This document shows, piece after piece, positions 11,095 to 24,124 of a stretch of DNA of 64,000 nucleotides (the stretch's first letter is position 1; every line of letters starts with the position of its first letter). The translations under genes were made by a program, and so were the position numbers. Origin of the DNA: Lepidodermella squamata (taxonomy: Eukaryota > Animalia > Gastrotricha); assembly GCA_047495785.1 (NCBI GenBank), contig JBLDXI010000048.1, positions 992,001-1,056,000 on the forward strand. Reading direction: 5' to 3'. Below the pieces are notes generated by a model that worked only from the letters and a program-made list of their open reading frames with translations, was not told the DNA's origin and did not search any database.

Positions 11095-12345
11095 TCAATC
11101 TTTCAAATTTATGGAAATAATACAATAAGCGAGTACTGCCAACAGCGTTATCGATGCTGTCACAGCAACTGCGACATCTAGCACCCGAACCAAGCTGATC
11201 TTCAAGTGAAAAAGCTTAAACGACCTCTGTGCACTTTTCCATTCGCAAAGGGCCACAGCAAACACGGAATAGGCAGTAATAAATGCTGCCACACAAACAC
11301 TTGCCTGCATGCCGAACACTGTGTATATTCGAATCGATTTTTTCGGCAGTTCAGCCGTAACCATCTGAAGGGCAAACATAAGTGATAGAAAAGTCGTAAT
11401 GCAGAACCCCGACCGATCGGGTAGCGAGGGTGGCATGATAAGAGCTATCAGAGAAAGGGTGACGATCAAAAATACGGGTGCATAGTAGCTGCTTAGGAAC
11501 ATCGAGCTGTCGCGTTGTAATGTTACGGTCAAAATTGCATGATAATATTTGTTACTGCCCGCTAGGTTATCACTGCCATCCGGAACGCGTACTGATAGAT
11601 TCGACGACAATGAAACCACAGTCCATATATCAGCCTCACTTAAAGCAGTCGGCATTATCGTAAAATCGACCTCGACTAGAGCCACTGCGTGAAGCGCATG
11701 GTCAGCAATGTAAACCATGGAGCATTCGAGTTGATCGAATGGGAATCTTTTGAAATCAAAGCCATCGCATTTTGTCGTTATCAGTGTCAACCCAGAGGCC
11801 ACAGCTGCAACTGGCCCGTGTTGCCGTATGAAGACTTGGAAAGTTATCAGGTTTTTCGCGATATTAAAGCTTCGATCGGAATTTGTGTGATAAATATTAG
11901 GTACCCACATGTTTTCACTTTTTCTTAGCAGTTCGAATTGCTGTATTGATTCGTTCGAGTATTTAAACAAAACATTCTGATCCTCCGGCTTGCAAACCGT
12001 CTCCGGGTATTGCCAAATTAGAAAGACCTGGGCTTGAAGCTCCATTCTAATATATTTGTAGGATATATTTCTCCTAAGACGTAATAATCCTATTACTTAC
12101 TGCTCGCGTAAGTCGTCAACTTCATTGATACGCACAATGCGGAAAACCATCCAGACATTTATCGGTAGATCGCTCAATCGACCTGCCAAACGCAGTTCTG
12201 TTACAATGTCCGGCGAATTAACCAGCGGGCATGTATGGTTGAGCACCATAGCCTCTGCCCAACTATAAATAGACGCCGGGCGCTCGTCTTCAGCCCCACG
12301 TGCTGACATCAAGATAATCGTGAGAAAAAATACTCGCGGAGACAT
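11095..12345 (-). CDS. Divergent pLGIC subunit, copy C
   Basis: Exon 1 12345-12101, intron 12100-12047, exon 2 12046-11095. CDGFDFKRFPFDQLEC and LPDRSGFCITTFLSL. Confidence 0.93.
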
Positions 12346-13160
12346 CAGGTTGTATCAGGTATATGCGATAAGTTAAAATTTGGTTGATGATAGAAGATTA
12401 AAAGCTTTATTCGACGTTTAATTCGAAATGAACTCATCCTCGGCAGCGTCAGGCGGGAGGAAATTGAAGCTTCGAAATCATGATCCAATTGTAAAAAGGT
12501 CGAGAGGTAAACACCAGATATCGGTCGATCATTTAATATCCATTCCCTTATGCAGGAAACATACCTGAACGTGCAAATCGATATTTGAGACTGATCAAAG
12601 GAGAATCATGCAATCTCTCGAGGAATTTAGGTACTGTCATCAACCAATTACCTGGTTAATTACCTAATTATCTAATTACTAGTAAACTGGGTCAGTAAAT
12701 TTCCAAATACTGTAATCCCTCGATAAAAGCTTCCCGGTTAGAGGCATTTTTTTAATGTAGGGCTCGAAAAATAAATTTTCGGCTACCTTGATAAAGCACC
12801 TCTTGTTAGAATAGAACGGGTCTGGCGCCGGACCACGTACCTTTATTGAGAGAGTACTGTAATAATTTTCTTTACCAATTCTATTTAGGCAAAACTAAAA
12901 GCGTGAGATTATTGCTCAGCTTGAGACGGATCGAGTTAATTCTTGACATGAACAGCATTACACTTGAACAAGATACAGTATCAAATTTAACGAGTGTCAA
13001 ACCCACTTTTGTTCTAATGCTAATAGTCTTAACAGTCGAACGTCCGAAAAAGTTTGACTCATCGCAATTCTTCAACATTAAATTGCGTGATTGCGTGATT
13101 ACATCAACATTAAGGTGAAAGAATCATGGTCCGATTTATTGCATATAAAATTTATTAGCC

Positions 13161-14421
13161 TCAATTATCTATTATGGAATTAGCGCAATGGGCTGTGATA
13201 ACAAGCAGTATTACAGAAGCCGCAGTTGCTACCAGGGCGTCCAATGCTCGGATGATGCTCATCTTCATACGGCCGATAGCGATGGAACGCTGAGCCATTT
13301 CCGCATCAGAAAACGCAACAGCAAACACGGTGTACGCTGTGATGAAGCCTGCAACACAAATACTACCCCGCATGCCGAAGACTGTGTAGATTCGAACCGA
13401 TTTCCGTGGAAGTTCTGTCATGACTAGCTGGAGAACAAACATGAGAGATAGAAATGTCGTAATGCAGAAGCTTGTTCGATCTGTTAAAGCTGGCGGCAAA
13501 ATTAAAGCGACCAAAGACAAGAGAATAATGAGAAAAACTGGAAGGAAGTAGTTGCACATGAACCACGAACTGTCGCGTTGCAACGTGATTGTTAACTTGA
13601 GGTGGTGTCTTTCGAATCCCTCTGTAAGATTGTAGTAAAGATCTTCAGGGGCCTTCAATTCTAACTTTTTTGAAATAGAAACCAAGTGCCAAATTTCACC
13701 TTCGCCAAGTGCCGATGGGAGGATCGAATATGTAACATCAGATAAGACAACCAAACCGGACCAATGATCAACCAGGAAATCCATTGAGCAGCTTTATCGA
13801 AGGGGAACCTGCTAAAGTCGAATCCATTGCAGTTTGTGGTTAGAGAAGTAAGTCCTGATGCGAGCGCTAAAACCGGTTGGTACGGAACCACAAGCAGCTG
13901 ATATACAAAGAGATTCTTCGCTACGTTAAAGTTACGGTCGGCATTGGTGTGATAGATTGCAGGTAGCCACATATTATCTCTTGTTCGATTCAAGATGAAA
14001 TATGAATTATTGAGCGACTTGTTAGCATACTGGAACAATGTGTGTTGATCTTCTGGGTCGCAGCCATTTCTCGATAAATTCCAAGATAACATTATTAAGG
14101 CTTGAACCTCAATTCTGGAATGAAAAGTCATCAGGTGGATTCAAAATCTCAAACAATCAATCTTTAATCTTACCGTTCTCTTAATTCATCTATTTCGTTT
14201 ATTCGAACAACGTGGAAGTACACATCGACGTTGATCGGCAGATCAGAATCACGACCCGCAAGCTGTAACTCAGAAATAAGATCTGGAGAATCGGCCAATG
14301 GGCATGTGACGTTCAGAAACATGTTCTCCGCCCATCTGTACAACGACTTGGGACGACGATCTTCAGTCCCGCATTCTACTGTGATGATAACCGCCGCGAA
14401 TACGATTAATTCACGCAGCAT
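13161..14421 (-). pseudogene. Divergent pLGIC subunit, copy D, frameshifted in the Cys-loop
   Basis: Exon 1 14421-14174, exon 2 14114-13161. Relative to copy E, GTC GAA is reduced to GC near 13791 (net -4 nt), giving split ORFs 13661..14131 and 13161..13784. Confidence 0.85.
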
Positions 14422-14847
14422 TTAGATGCACAATGGAAGCAATCGATGAGATTACTTGCGATGACTTCATGAAAGAGCCCCGCTCTTTTTTAAGAAGTTT
14501 TGCTAATATTGCCGACTACGTATAGAATGCAACGATCGTCAGTATAATATCATATAAGGATCGATTCATCGCAGAGGGCTATATTTTTTGCTTGTGAGTT
14601 CCTTATTGGCATGAGCGATTTCTAACATTAAAAACGGCGATAACTTTTACGGCCCTTTCTCTAGCTGTCATTTTATGTTATTTATATTATCGCATCATTC
14701 CTATCAAATCAATAAACAATCGCCCCCCAATACAAGGATTAAATTAATGTGTGAGCGGCATTTTATCAACCTTTTAACGCTTGGTACTTTCTTGCCGTGA
14801 ACAGTAAATACATACATACTAAAAAATGGGAAAGGGAAATGTATTAA

Positions 14848-15183
14848 CCCTTTCACGGTCAAATTTTCGCTATTGGAATTCAATCAAACCGGCCGAATAC
14901 GTCCTATCCGCCCAAACTTATGCAATCGGTTTAATACATTTCCATTTCGGTTGAATTGCAATCTAAAATTCCAAAGCTGAAGGCACCTGACGCAGAAATT
15001 AGGGTTCTCGAAAAATCGCTCAGCTGGGCGGATATGGGACGATTTCGGCCAGTTTTCGTACAGCCTTAACGGTGATAGAAAAAGACAAACGGATTTCAAA
15101 ATCGTAATCAGGGCCTTTCAAACCCCCTAAAACTGCTGTCCAAAATTTTTCTCTCGCAGATAGCTAATTCCGCCATGAAACGG
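14848..15183. mobile_element. piggyBac-like non-autonomous element
   Basis: TTAA on both sides; imperfect TIRs CCCTTTCACGG / CCATGAAACGG. Confidence 0.6.
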
Positions 15184-15436
15184 TTAAATTGAGACGAATC
15201 GATTTTAAGCCTCGCAGTTCAGACAGCATAACTGGAAAAAGTTGCCGGCTATTTTTTAGAGTGTAAAGATCAAAACCAAAAGCAAAACCATGCTTTATTC
15301 CATTGCGTCTTTCAACTCCTACATTACACTTCTATCGGGATTCGTTAAATCGCGTGGTTTTGGAGTAGGTTTAAAGTGAACTTTGAGGTGAAAATATTAA
15401 GGGCCTATTACTTCATTTGAAATTTATTAGATAGCC

Positions 15437-16716
15437 TCAGTTATTATTAATAATAATCGAATTGGCGCAGTAGGCTATGATAAAAATCAGTGTCAAAAAA
15501 GCCGCAGATGCGACCAGAGCATCGAGAGCCCGAATGACGCTCATCTTAATAGATCCAACAGATATCAAACGCTGAGCGATTTCCGACTCTGCAAACGCAA
15601 CAGCAAGCACCGTGTAGGCTGTGATGAAGCCTGCAACACAGATACTGGCCTGCATGCTGAACACTGTGTAGATTCGAACCGATTTCCGTGGAAGTTCTGT
15701 CATGACTAGCTGGAGAACAAACATGAGAGATAGAAATGTCGTAATGCAGAAGCTTGTTCGATCTGTTAAAGCTGGCGGCAAAATTAGAGCAACCAAGGAC
15801 AATGAAGTGATTAGAATCACTGGGAGGATGTAGTTGCCAATGAACCTTGAGCTGTTGCGTTGCAAAGTGATTGTTAACTTGAGGTGGTGCCTTTTGTATC
15901 CATCTGTAAGATTGTAGTAAAGATCTTCAGGGGCCTTCAACTCTAAATTTTTTGATATTGAAACCAAGTGCCAAATGTCTCCTTCACTCAATGCCCTTGC
16001 GAGGATCGAATATGTAACATCGGATAAGACAACTAAACCGGACCAGTGGTCAACCAGGAAATTCATTGAGCATTCGACTTTATCGAAAGGGAACCTGGTA
16101 AAGTCGAATCCATCGCAGTTTGTGGTTAGAGAAGTAAGTCCCGATGCGAGCGCTAAAACCGGTTGGTAAGGAACCACAAATAACTGATATACGGGGAGGC
16201 TCTTTGCCAAGTTGAAACTGCGGTCGGCATTTGTGTGATAGATTGCAGGTAGCCACATATTATCTCTTGTTCGATTCAAGAGGAAATATGAACTATTGAG
16301 CGAATTGTTAGTATACTGGAACAATGTGTGTTGATCTTCTGGGTAGCAGCCATTTCTCGATAGATTCCAATTGAGAATTATTAGGGCTTGAATCACAATT
16401 CTGAAAAGAAAAATGACGAGGCGGATATGGCTGTTTCTCAAATCTTTAGATTTAGGTTTGAAGCGTACCGTTCTTTCAGTTCATCGATTTCGCTAACTCG
16501 AACGAGGTGGAAGTACATATCGATTTCGATCGGCAGATCAGAATCACGACCCGCTAGCTGTAACTCAGAAATTAGATCTGGAGAATCGGCCAATGGACAT
16601 GTGACGTTCAGAAACATGTTCTCCGCCCATCTGTACAACGACTTGGGACGACGATCTTCAGTCCCGCATTCTACTGTGATAATAACCGCCGCGAATGCGA
16701 TTAATTCTCGCAACAT
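15437..16716 (-). CDS. Divergent pLGIC subunit, copy E
   Basis: Exon 1 16716-16469, intron 16468-16401, exon 2 16400-15437. Closest paralogue of copy D; LTDRTSFCITTFLSL. Confidence 0.93.
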
Positions 16717-17616
16717 TCCTTGATGGTCAATCGAAACAATCGATGAGAAGGCCCGCTTATCGATACATATATACTTTGCGAATGTTTCCGGCCGCAGGAT
16801 GCAGCGAGCGTTAGTACATTATATCAAGCTGACAGGAAGATCTGTCGCCGACTACGGAGCCAAAAGGCACAGTCCTCGATTGCGTACCTGCCGGCAACAC
16901 CGCCAAGCAAATCCACAGGAGAACACGGTTTCCTCCCTCCCGGTCTGGGACGCAATTCACCAGCAATCAATATATGGCTACTCAGCACGCAAAGCCTGGG
17001 GACATCATCATAAGCCTAGTGATGATGTCTGATACCAAATGCTAAATGTCCAAAAGAAACGCGCATAATTAAAGAGTATGAGTATGAGTATTAGGATGTA
17101 TTCCACTATTATAAAATAACATATTCATATTCATAATATTCATTGGAAAGCAGATTGGCATGAGCGATTTTTAAGATTAAAAACGGCAATCACATTAATT
17201 ATTATGGCTCTTTATCTGGCTGTCATATTATTGTGTAATATTGTAATATTGTTTTATATCGCTATCATTCTTTTCTGTATTCTCAAAATGAGAGGAGCTA
17301 ACGTGGAACCTTTTAGAAATCGGAGATCATAGATAGCTACCGCTGGAAAATTGCTACAGGAATGTAAATGATAGTGAAATATTCAGCCATGTTGATTTAA
17401 CTCGGGACATAATTGAGGGGTGGCATTTTCGATTTCTCCTCTTTTATTATCACAGAATTGGCGATATAGGACAGATCGAGAAAGCATAGATACCTCGCTT
17501 TATTTGCAAATTCAATAAAGCGAACAACAATATATAATTTCCCGACTGAAAGGCAAACAATGATTTCAAATCTCGAATCGAACCATGTTAGGAGACTTGT
17601 AATTCAAAAAATTGCA

Positions 17617-18863
17617 ATGCTGCTTTCTTTCATTATCCACAGTATTTTAAGTTTGCCGTCTACGAAGTGTTCCGCAGAAGATGCTCCCCAATCAGTATAT
17701 ACATGGGCAGAGATGATGGTGTGGAATACCACATGTCCGTTAGCCAACTCGCCCAATCTGGTCGACGAGCTCAGGCTGTCTGGGCGAATGTCTGATTTGC
17801 CTATCCTTGTTGATATGACTTGCCGCATCATACGTATCAATGAAGTTAACGACCTGACTGAAAGGTAAATTTTCACTGGATTCATCCCGATCAATTCCGC
17901 ATTTTTGAACATAGGATGCAACTACAGGCACAACTCATGTTCAGTTGGAAACTGCCGAGAAGTGGCTGCGATCCTGAAGATCAAAATGTTCTTTTCAAAT
18001 ATTCGAATCTAACGGAACAAATGGTTACATTTAATCGTAGTCGCCATGGCAATCATTGGATACCAGAAATTTACCACATAAATGCTGACCGTGGCTTTAA
18101 CGTTGCGCGGAATCTGCCGATATCGCAACTGATGATTGAGGCTAACAAACCTGTGGTTGCGTATACATCAGGATATTCCACGATAACGACTAATTGCGAT
18201 GGATTCGATTTCAAACGATTCCCGTTTGACGAAGTCGTCTGTTCAATAGACTACGTCGTCGATCATTTACCGAATTTGGTGGTTTTTAGTGAGCTAGATT
18301 TTTTCATTAGTTCGACAGCTCTGACAGATGGCGATCTATGGAGCCAAGTTGCGACATCGAAGAACCTATCAGTGAAAGTCCCCGATGGTTATCCTGAAAC
18401 CTTCGGCGAGAGATCTCAAGCAAGGTTAACTTTAATCTTGAAGCGCGACAGTTCGATTTTGGTGGCCACCTACATTCTGCCTGTATTTTTGATCATCGCT
18501 TTGTCACTGGTTTCACTGATCCTGCCGCCAGATGCACCTGATCGGCCCAACATCTGCATTACAACATTTCTATCCATCATGTTTGCTCTTGAGCTAGTTG
18601 CAGCTGAGGTGCCGCGGAAATCGGTTCGCATCTACACACTCTTCGGCATGCAGGCCAGTATTTGTGTAACTGCAGGTATTACAGCCTACGCGGTGTTTGC
18701 AGTTGCGTTTGCCGATGCGGAAATTGCGAAGAAGCTGATACGAGTCGGCCGCAGAAACATGAGGTTGATTCGATTTGTCGATCTGTGCGTCGCAACTGCA
18801 GCGCTGACTATTTTGATGGCGGTAATAACCTACTGCGTGATATCAATCAATTCTACGGATTGA
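17617..18863 (+). CDS. Divergent pLGIC subunit, copy F
   Basis: Exon 1 17617 (upstream in-frame ATG at 17560)-17864, intron 17865-17914, exon 2 17915-18863. CDGFDFKRFPFDEVVC and APDRPNICITTFLSI. Confidence 0.92.
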
Positions 18864-19764
18864 ATTGATAGATTTTTCAACTTGTTTGAAACAATTTTTT
18901 GTTCATAGCTGCAATGATTTATAATGAACCCAAAAATGAAAATAAATAAAACAAATAGATTCAGCTGCGTGTAACGGTGATTGGTTCTCGCGATCACGGG
19001 ATCATACCGACGACCCGACTTGCTTGCTGTTAGGTTAAGTTGTAGCAAAAAAACACGTCCAAACGTAGGCCGAAACGGAAGATAATAATTTCATGCATAG
19101 TTGGGCTTTTTATAGCCACTTCAAGGCAACAGGTGGACCCCGCGCACTGATCTCTTGATGATACTAGAGACTCCAGAGATTCTGATCATACAGTTTTATG
19201 CCAAAATAGCATTTTTGGAAACAATACCCAACTATGAAATCTTTGTTAAGCTCTCCTCGTCCCTCGTCAAAGGCTATCAACTGATATAACTTGCAAGGGT
19301 ATACGATCTATAACCTGGCAATGTCAATTGGGTGGGAACTTTCATTACTTCAAAGGTGCGCCTAAAGATCGAGTACTGTAGATCTTTTGTCCTAAGCCAT
19401 ATTCAGTTGGTATTATTAAAAGGTATGGTAATCGAATAAAAGCAATACAAAACCCAGGAAATAATCGATTCCAGACTCGATTTTGTTTGCCAGAGGCAAA
19501 AGGTGTCTTTCATCTATTCCACCTCTTCTCGTTTATTATTTAGGTAGGTGTGACTCGCCGTTTTGTGTTTTCTCACGTGGATGAACAGCAATTCTAGATT
19601 AGAAGCTAGTGAAGAGCGAACATGCTTCAAACAAAGGAAAGGGTTGTGTGTCTAGGTATGATGTATAATTTCCTGACAGTGCAGCGAACGGCGCTCGAAC
19701 TTTAGCGATTGATTGGTTGAAAAAGTAAAACAAATCTATATTCTATGTCTATCACATTTCTGCA

Positions 19765-21014
19765 ATGTATCTGCTCTTTTTTCTCGTCACAATCACTCTA
19801 GTTTTGCCGAATTGTTGTGTTGAAGATCGTCCGAAATATTTTCATGAATGGCTACAACGTATGGTATTGAAGGAAACGTGCCCACTAGCCGACTCACCAG
19901 ACTTGCTGAATGAGCTATATTTAGCCGGCCGATCTTCAGATTTACCTATCAGAGTTCTTATGAATTTTGACATAGCTCGAATCAACGAAGTTAACGATAT
20001 GACTGAACGGCATGACTCCCATATTTGAAACGTCTACTTAAACATTTGTATTTCTTTTTTAGAATGGAGCTCCAGGCGCTAATGGCGTTGGCCTGGCTAC
20101 TTCCGGAGGAAGGCTGCAATCCTAAAGACCAAGAAGCCATCTTCAAATACACCAATATATCACCAAAGTTATTATATTTCAATCGAACGGCAGAAAACAT
20201 GTGGATCCCTGATTTGTATCACCTGAATGCTGACCACAGCTTCAATATCGCTAAAAGTCTGCCTGTACAGAAGCTTCAGATACAACCCAACGCACCAGTT
20301 GCTGCATTCGTATCGGGACTAGCCACGATAACAACGAACTGCGATGGCTTCGACTTCAAGCGTTTCCCGTTTGATAGACTCGAGTGCTCAATGGAGTTCT
20401 TAATAGACCAGTGGTCAACTCTTGTAGTGCTGGCTGCCGTCAATTACTCCATTTCTCCCCTGGCACTATCAGATGCAGATGTTTGGAGTTTCGTTTCAAA
20501 ATCTGAGAGCCTTATGATTAAACCTCCAGACGGCATAGACTGCAATAACGAGGTTTGCATTAAATCGAACCTCAGGCTGACTGTCACTTTGCAACGCAAC
20601 AGCTCCATGTTTTTGGGCGCCTACTTTCTCCCTGTATTCTTGATCATTTTTCTCATACTCGTTGCGCTCTCCATGCATCCGGCTCTACCTGATCGGCCCA
20701 GCTTTTGCGTCACGACATTTCTTTCTCTAATGTTTGCCATGCAAATGGTTGCCTACGAGCTGCCAAAGAAATCAGTTCGAATTTACACAGTCTTTGGTCT
20801 TCAGGCTAGTGTTTGTATTGCTGGCGTTATTACGGCATACAGCGTGATCGCGACCGCGTTTGCAGAGTCGAAAATTGGAAAGCAGCCGATTCAATTTGGC
20901 AGAAAGAAGATCAGCTTGATTCGACTTGTCGATCTTATCGTCGCGATTGCTGCGCTGATATCGTTCCTATGCGTCATAGCGTACTGCACCTATTCTATCA
21001 ATTCTAAGGATTGA
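19765..21014 (+). CDS. Divergent pLGIC subunit, copy G (GC-AG intron)
   Basis: Exon 1 19765-20009, intron 20010-20062 beginning GCATGA, exon 2 20063-21014. Frame intact if spliced. Confidence 0.85.
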
Positions 21015-21563
21015 AACAATGATTCGAAAGAAAGATTCCATATTGCATACATTTGATGGGAATTAAGTTTTCTCCTGTGTTTGAGCCCAAAATAGCTTGC
21101 GAGTAAGTGTTTCTGATAAAAAAATTATTAACACATTCTTATTGCTGAGTTATGCCTCTCGATACTTTCAACTATCATTATTGGGAAATGTAGCGATTGA
21201 TGCACGCTGGCAACAGACAGGTTGTAATATTAAATAAACCGATGAAGAGTTTTCTTTTCGAAGAAAAAAAGGGGCAGTTGATCGTACGTTCTTTACAATA
21301 ACGTATGTTATCCTAATTATAATTTATTTACTATAATTTTTACTAAGGTAGCCGAAATTATTATAACGTGGGGCTAATTTTTAGATGAGTTAGTTTAAGT
21401 TAATTTAAATTTAAATTTATCGATGTCTGCAATTTATCAGTAATAGGCAATTGCGCAAATTGCTATGTAAATTACGTCACAATCACAAGATGGGACGTCA
21501 TTGTTCCAATGTTTTGAATTTGAAGCTCGAAATTGCTGATTTCTTCATCATCAGCCAGTCGAA

Positions 21564-22696
21564 ATGCCTGTTTTCAATCAGGAACGCGTCATCCGTGACC
21601 GTTCCAATCCTTTCACTGCTTTCAGCGAAAATCAGTTTTTTCTACGCTATCGTTTTACAAAGAAGTCAGTTAAGAAGATTCACAGGCTCATTAAACGGGA
21701 TTTGGTACGTCGCCGGACTAACCGGAATAAATCAATTTCGACAATGCTTCAGGTACTGATCACACTGCGATTTTTCGCTACTGGTGGTTTCCAACGTGTG
21801 ATAGGTATGATATCCCTATTCGGCGAAATTTTAATTGTCTCTGATGAATAGGAGATATTCACGGTGTTGATCATACTAGTGTCTGCAAAATTGTTCATCT
21901 TGTGGCTGAGGCACTTGCCAGGAAGCTGGACAAATTCGTAGTTATGCCTCGAAACAATCAAGAAGTGCGTGAAATAGCTGCGAGTTTCTACGAATATGGT
22001 GGCTTCCCGAATTGTCTGGGCGCAGTTGATTGCTCCTTGATCAAAATTCAAAAACAGTCGCATCTCCCTGACCCCGATGTTTTTTGGTGTAGAAAAAGTA
22101 TTTCTTTAATTACTGAAATCGAAATGTTTCTAGGCATTTTTGTTTCAGAATATTACGCTCTCAATATCCAAGTAGTCTGCGATTTCGAGGGCCGGATTAG
22201 GGACATAGTTGCCCGTTGGCCGGGCAGTGTTCATGACTCGACGATTTACAAGTCTTCGCAGGTGAAAAAGAAACTGCAATGTGCGCCACGCTTCAATGGA
22301 TACCACCTTATAGCCGACAAGGGTTATCAAGTCGCTCCCGAGCTGCTGACCCCTCTCAGAAATCCTACAACTGACGCAGAGTTGGACTACAACCGATCGC
22401 TAAGTCGTTGTCGTGCTGTTATTGAGCGTCTTTTCGGCATTTTGAAGAGCCGTTTTCGCTGTCTACAAAGCGTAGACAATCGCCTCAGATTTCGAGCCGA
22501 TCGCTGTGCTAATGTCATCCTCGCATGCGCTGTCTTACACAACATTGCAATCAATCTGCGCGAACCGCCGATCCTTGGCGATAATGAAATGGAAGATGAA
22601 GTTGAGGCGCCGGAAGCTCATGATCAAGGCGAATACCTGGCTATGACACTGGGAGAACGAATTCGCCGCAGTATTATTGATCGATACTTCACGTGA
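21564..22696 (+). CDS. Harbinger (HARBI1-like) DDE transposase
   Basis: Exons 21564-21804, 21852-22097 and 22149-22696. FFLRYRF, LRFFATG, GAVDCSLI, WPGSVHD, ADKGY, IERLFGILKSRFRCL and CAVLHN motifs. Confidence 0.92.
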
Positions 22697-22879
22697 CTAT
22701 TAATGCTTTTTTTGGATCGAAAATAAGCTTGCAAGAATTGATAATGGTTTATTTCAAATTCGGCTTGCCTAGCTACTAAAACTGGTCGATCTTCTAGTTT
22801 TATCACATCTAATGTATCATGAAAAAGTGAAAAATAAGAAAGTCATTGTTCGTTGAATGTCAATCTGATTCATTCATGT

Positions 22880-23708
22880 TCAATCGTACTTTTCGAACGG
22901 GTTCTGTTCGGAAGAGTTGAGTGAAGAAGCAAGCAGGGTGGAGGTTGATCCAGTCGCCTTCTTGTGCTTGAGCTCCTCCAGTTGTTCTCGAAGAATCGCA
23001 TTTTCGAGTTCAGCTTTTTCGACGGCGAGCGACTGGAGCTTAGCTTTCTTCTCAGCAACAGTTTCGCGGCGACTCTTAGCCGATGAGGCATGGCCGCTGG
23101 TGCCGGCAACATCGGACCCATTGTCGTCGTCATCGCCATCGGGATCTGAACCGTCGAATTCGTCAGCATCTTCCTCCGAGAGGTCGAACTCGCCGCCATC
23201 ATCTTCTTCATCGCTCAGTTCCAGGGCATCGGAATCGCGAATACCTGTGACAAGAATATTTAAAAAAGAATGATTATATTATCAGCACTTAACCTCGCAG
23301 GCCTCGTAGTCCAGTCGGTGAAATGCGCTTGACATCGTTCAGAATTAGATATTCGTACGTTTCGTAAGGGTGCGGCAAGGCATCATCCAACGATTCCTCG
23401 CGGATCTTCTCGCGAATCTTGACCACGATTCGACTCCACAAGTTTTTTAGCTCATCCAGAGTGTGCAGCGGCTGGCGGTTGCCGCGCTTCTTCGCATATT
23501 CGCGCGCAATTGTCTTCCAAGCACTTTGCTTTGCCAATGCCGTCTCGTTAGATGAGTTTTTGTCTTCAAGAGTATCGAAGTGTTTCTTCGCCAGGCTTAC
23601 CAGCCGCTCCTTGTCGGCCAAGGAGAAACTCGCCCGGGGTTTTCGAGCGCGCTTTGCTGTTCGGCGACGCCCGGCGGCTTTTCGGGCCAAAGCCAATGTT
23701 CTCGCCAT
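22880..23708 (-). CDS. Harbinger Myb/SANT-like DNA-binding protein
   Basis: Exon 1 23708-23294 (FSLADKERLV...KQSAWKTIA...LKNLW), intron 23293-23245, exon 2 23244-22880 (acidic tract then coiled coil). Confidence 0.82.
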
Positions 23709-23911
23709 TGATTGAAAATCGGATAGCAATAAAAATGATGATGATGAAGTGGATGAAAATCAATTCACGGCGTAGGTATATATACCCTTCTTCTCGGTAC
23801 TAAAAACGTGTTACGCCATGGGGTATCGACTCAACAATCAGTCGTAACATATAATTTGTGCAATAATATATAGCTTTTTCGTAATAAGGGTGTGCAAATT
23901 ATGCAGCATAA

Positions 23912-24124
23912 CCCAGACCGGCACGAACAATTTTGGCTCATTCGAACAACTGCGAACAAATCGATTTGACCCCTTTGTTCGCCTGTTTTTGAGCCTGTTC
24001 GCCTGTTTTAGGATTTGTCCGGAGTTGTTCGGCGGGAAAATGCTCGAAAACAGGCGAACAAAGGGGTCAAATCGATTTGTTCGCAGTTGTTCGAATGAGC
24101 CAAAATTGCTCGTGCCGGTCTGGG
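23912..24124. mobile_element. CMC/EnSpm-like non-autonomous element (213 bp)
   Basis: 83-bp TIRs (23912-23994 and 24042-24124) with two mismatches, CCCAG...CTGGG termini, 2-bp AA flanks, repeated CGAACA motifs. Confidence 0.8.

Larger units (their letters stand above)
21564..23708. mobile_element. PIF/Harbinger transposon coding core (termini not found)
   Basis: Convergent DDE transposase and Myb/SANT-like DNA-binding gene, the two-gene layout of Harbinger elements. Confidence 0.8.

Noticed and set aside
21300-21450. Possible Harbinger left TIR (GGGGCTAATTTTTAG)
   Set aside because: No matching inverted copy found downstream.
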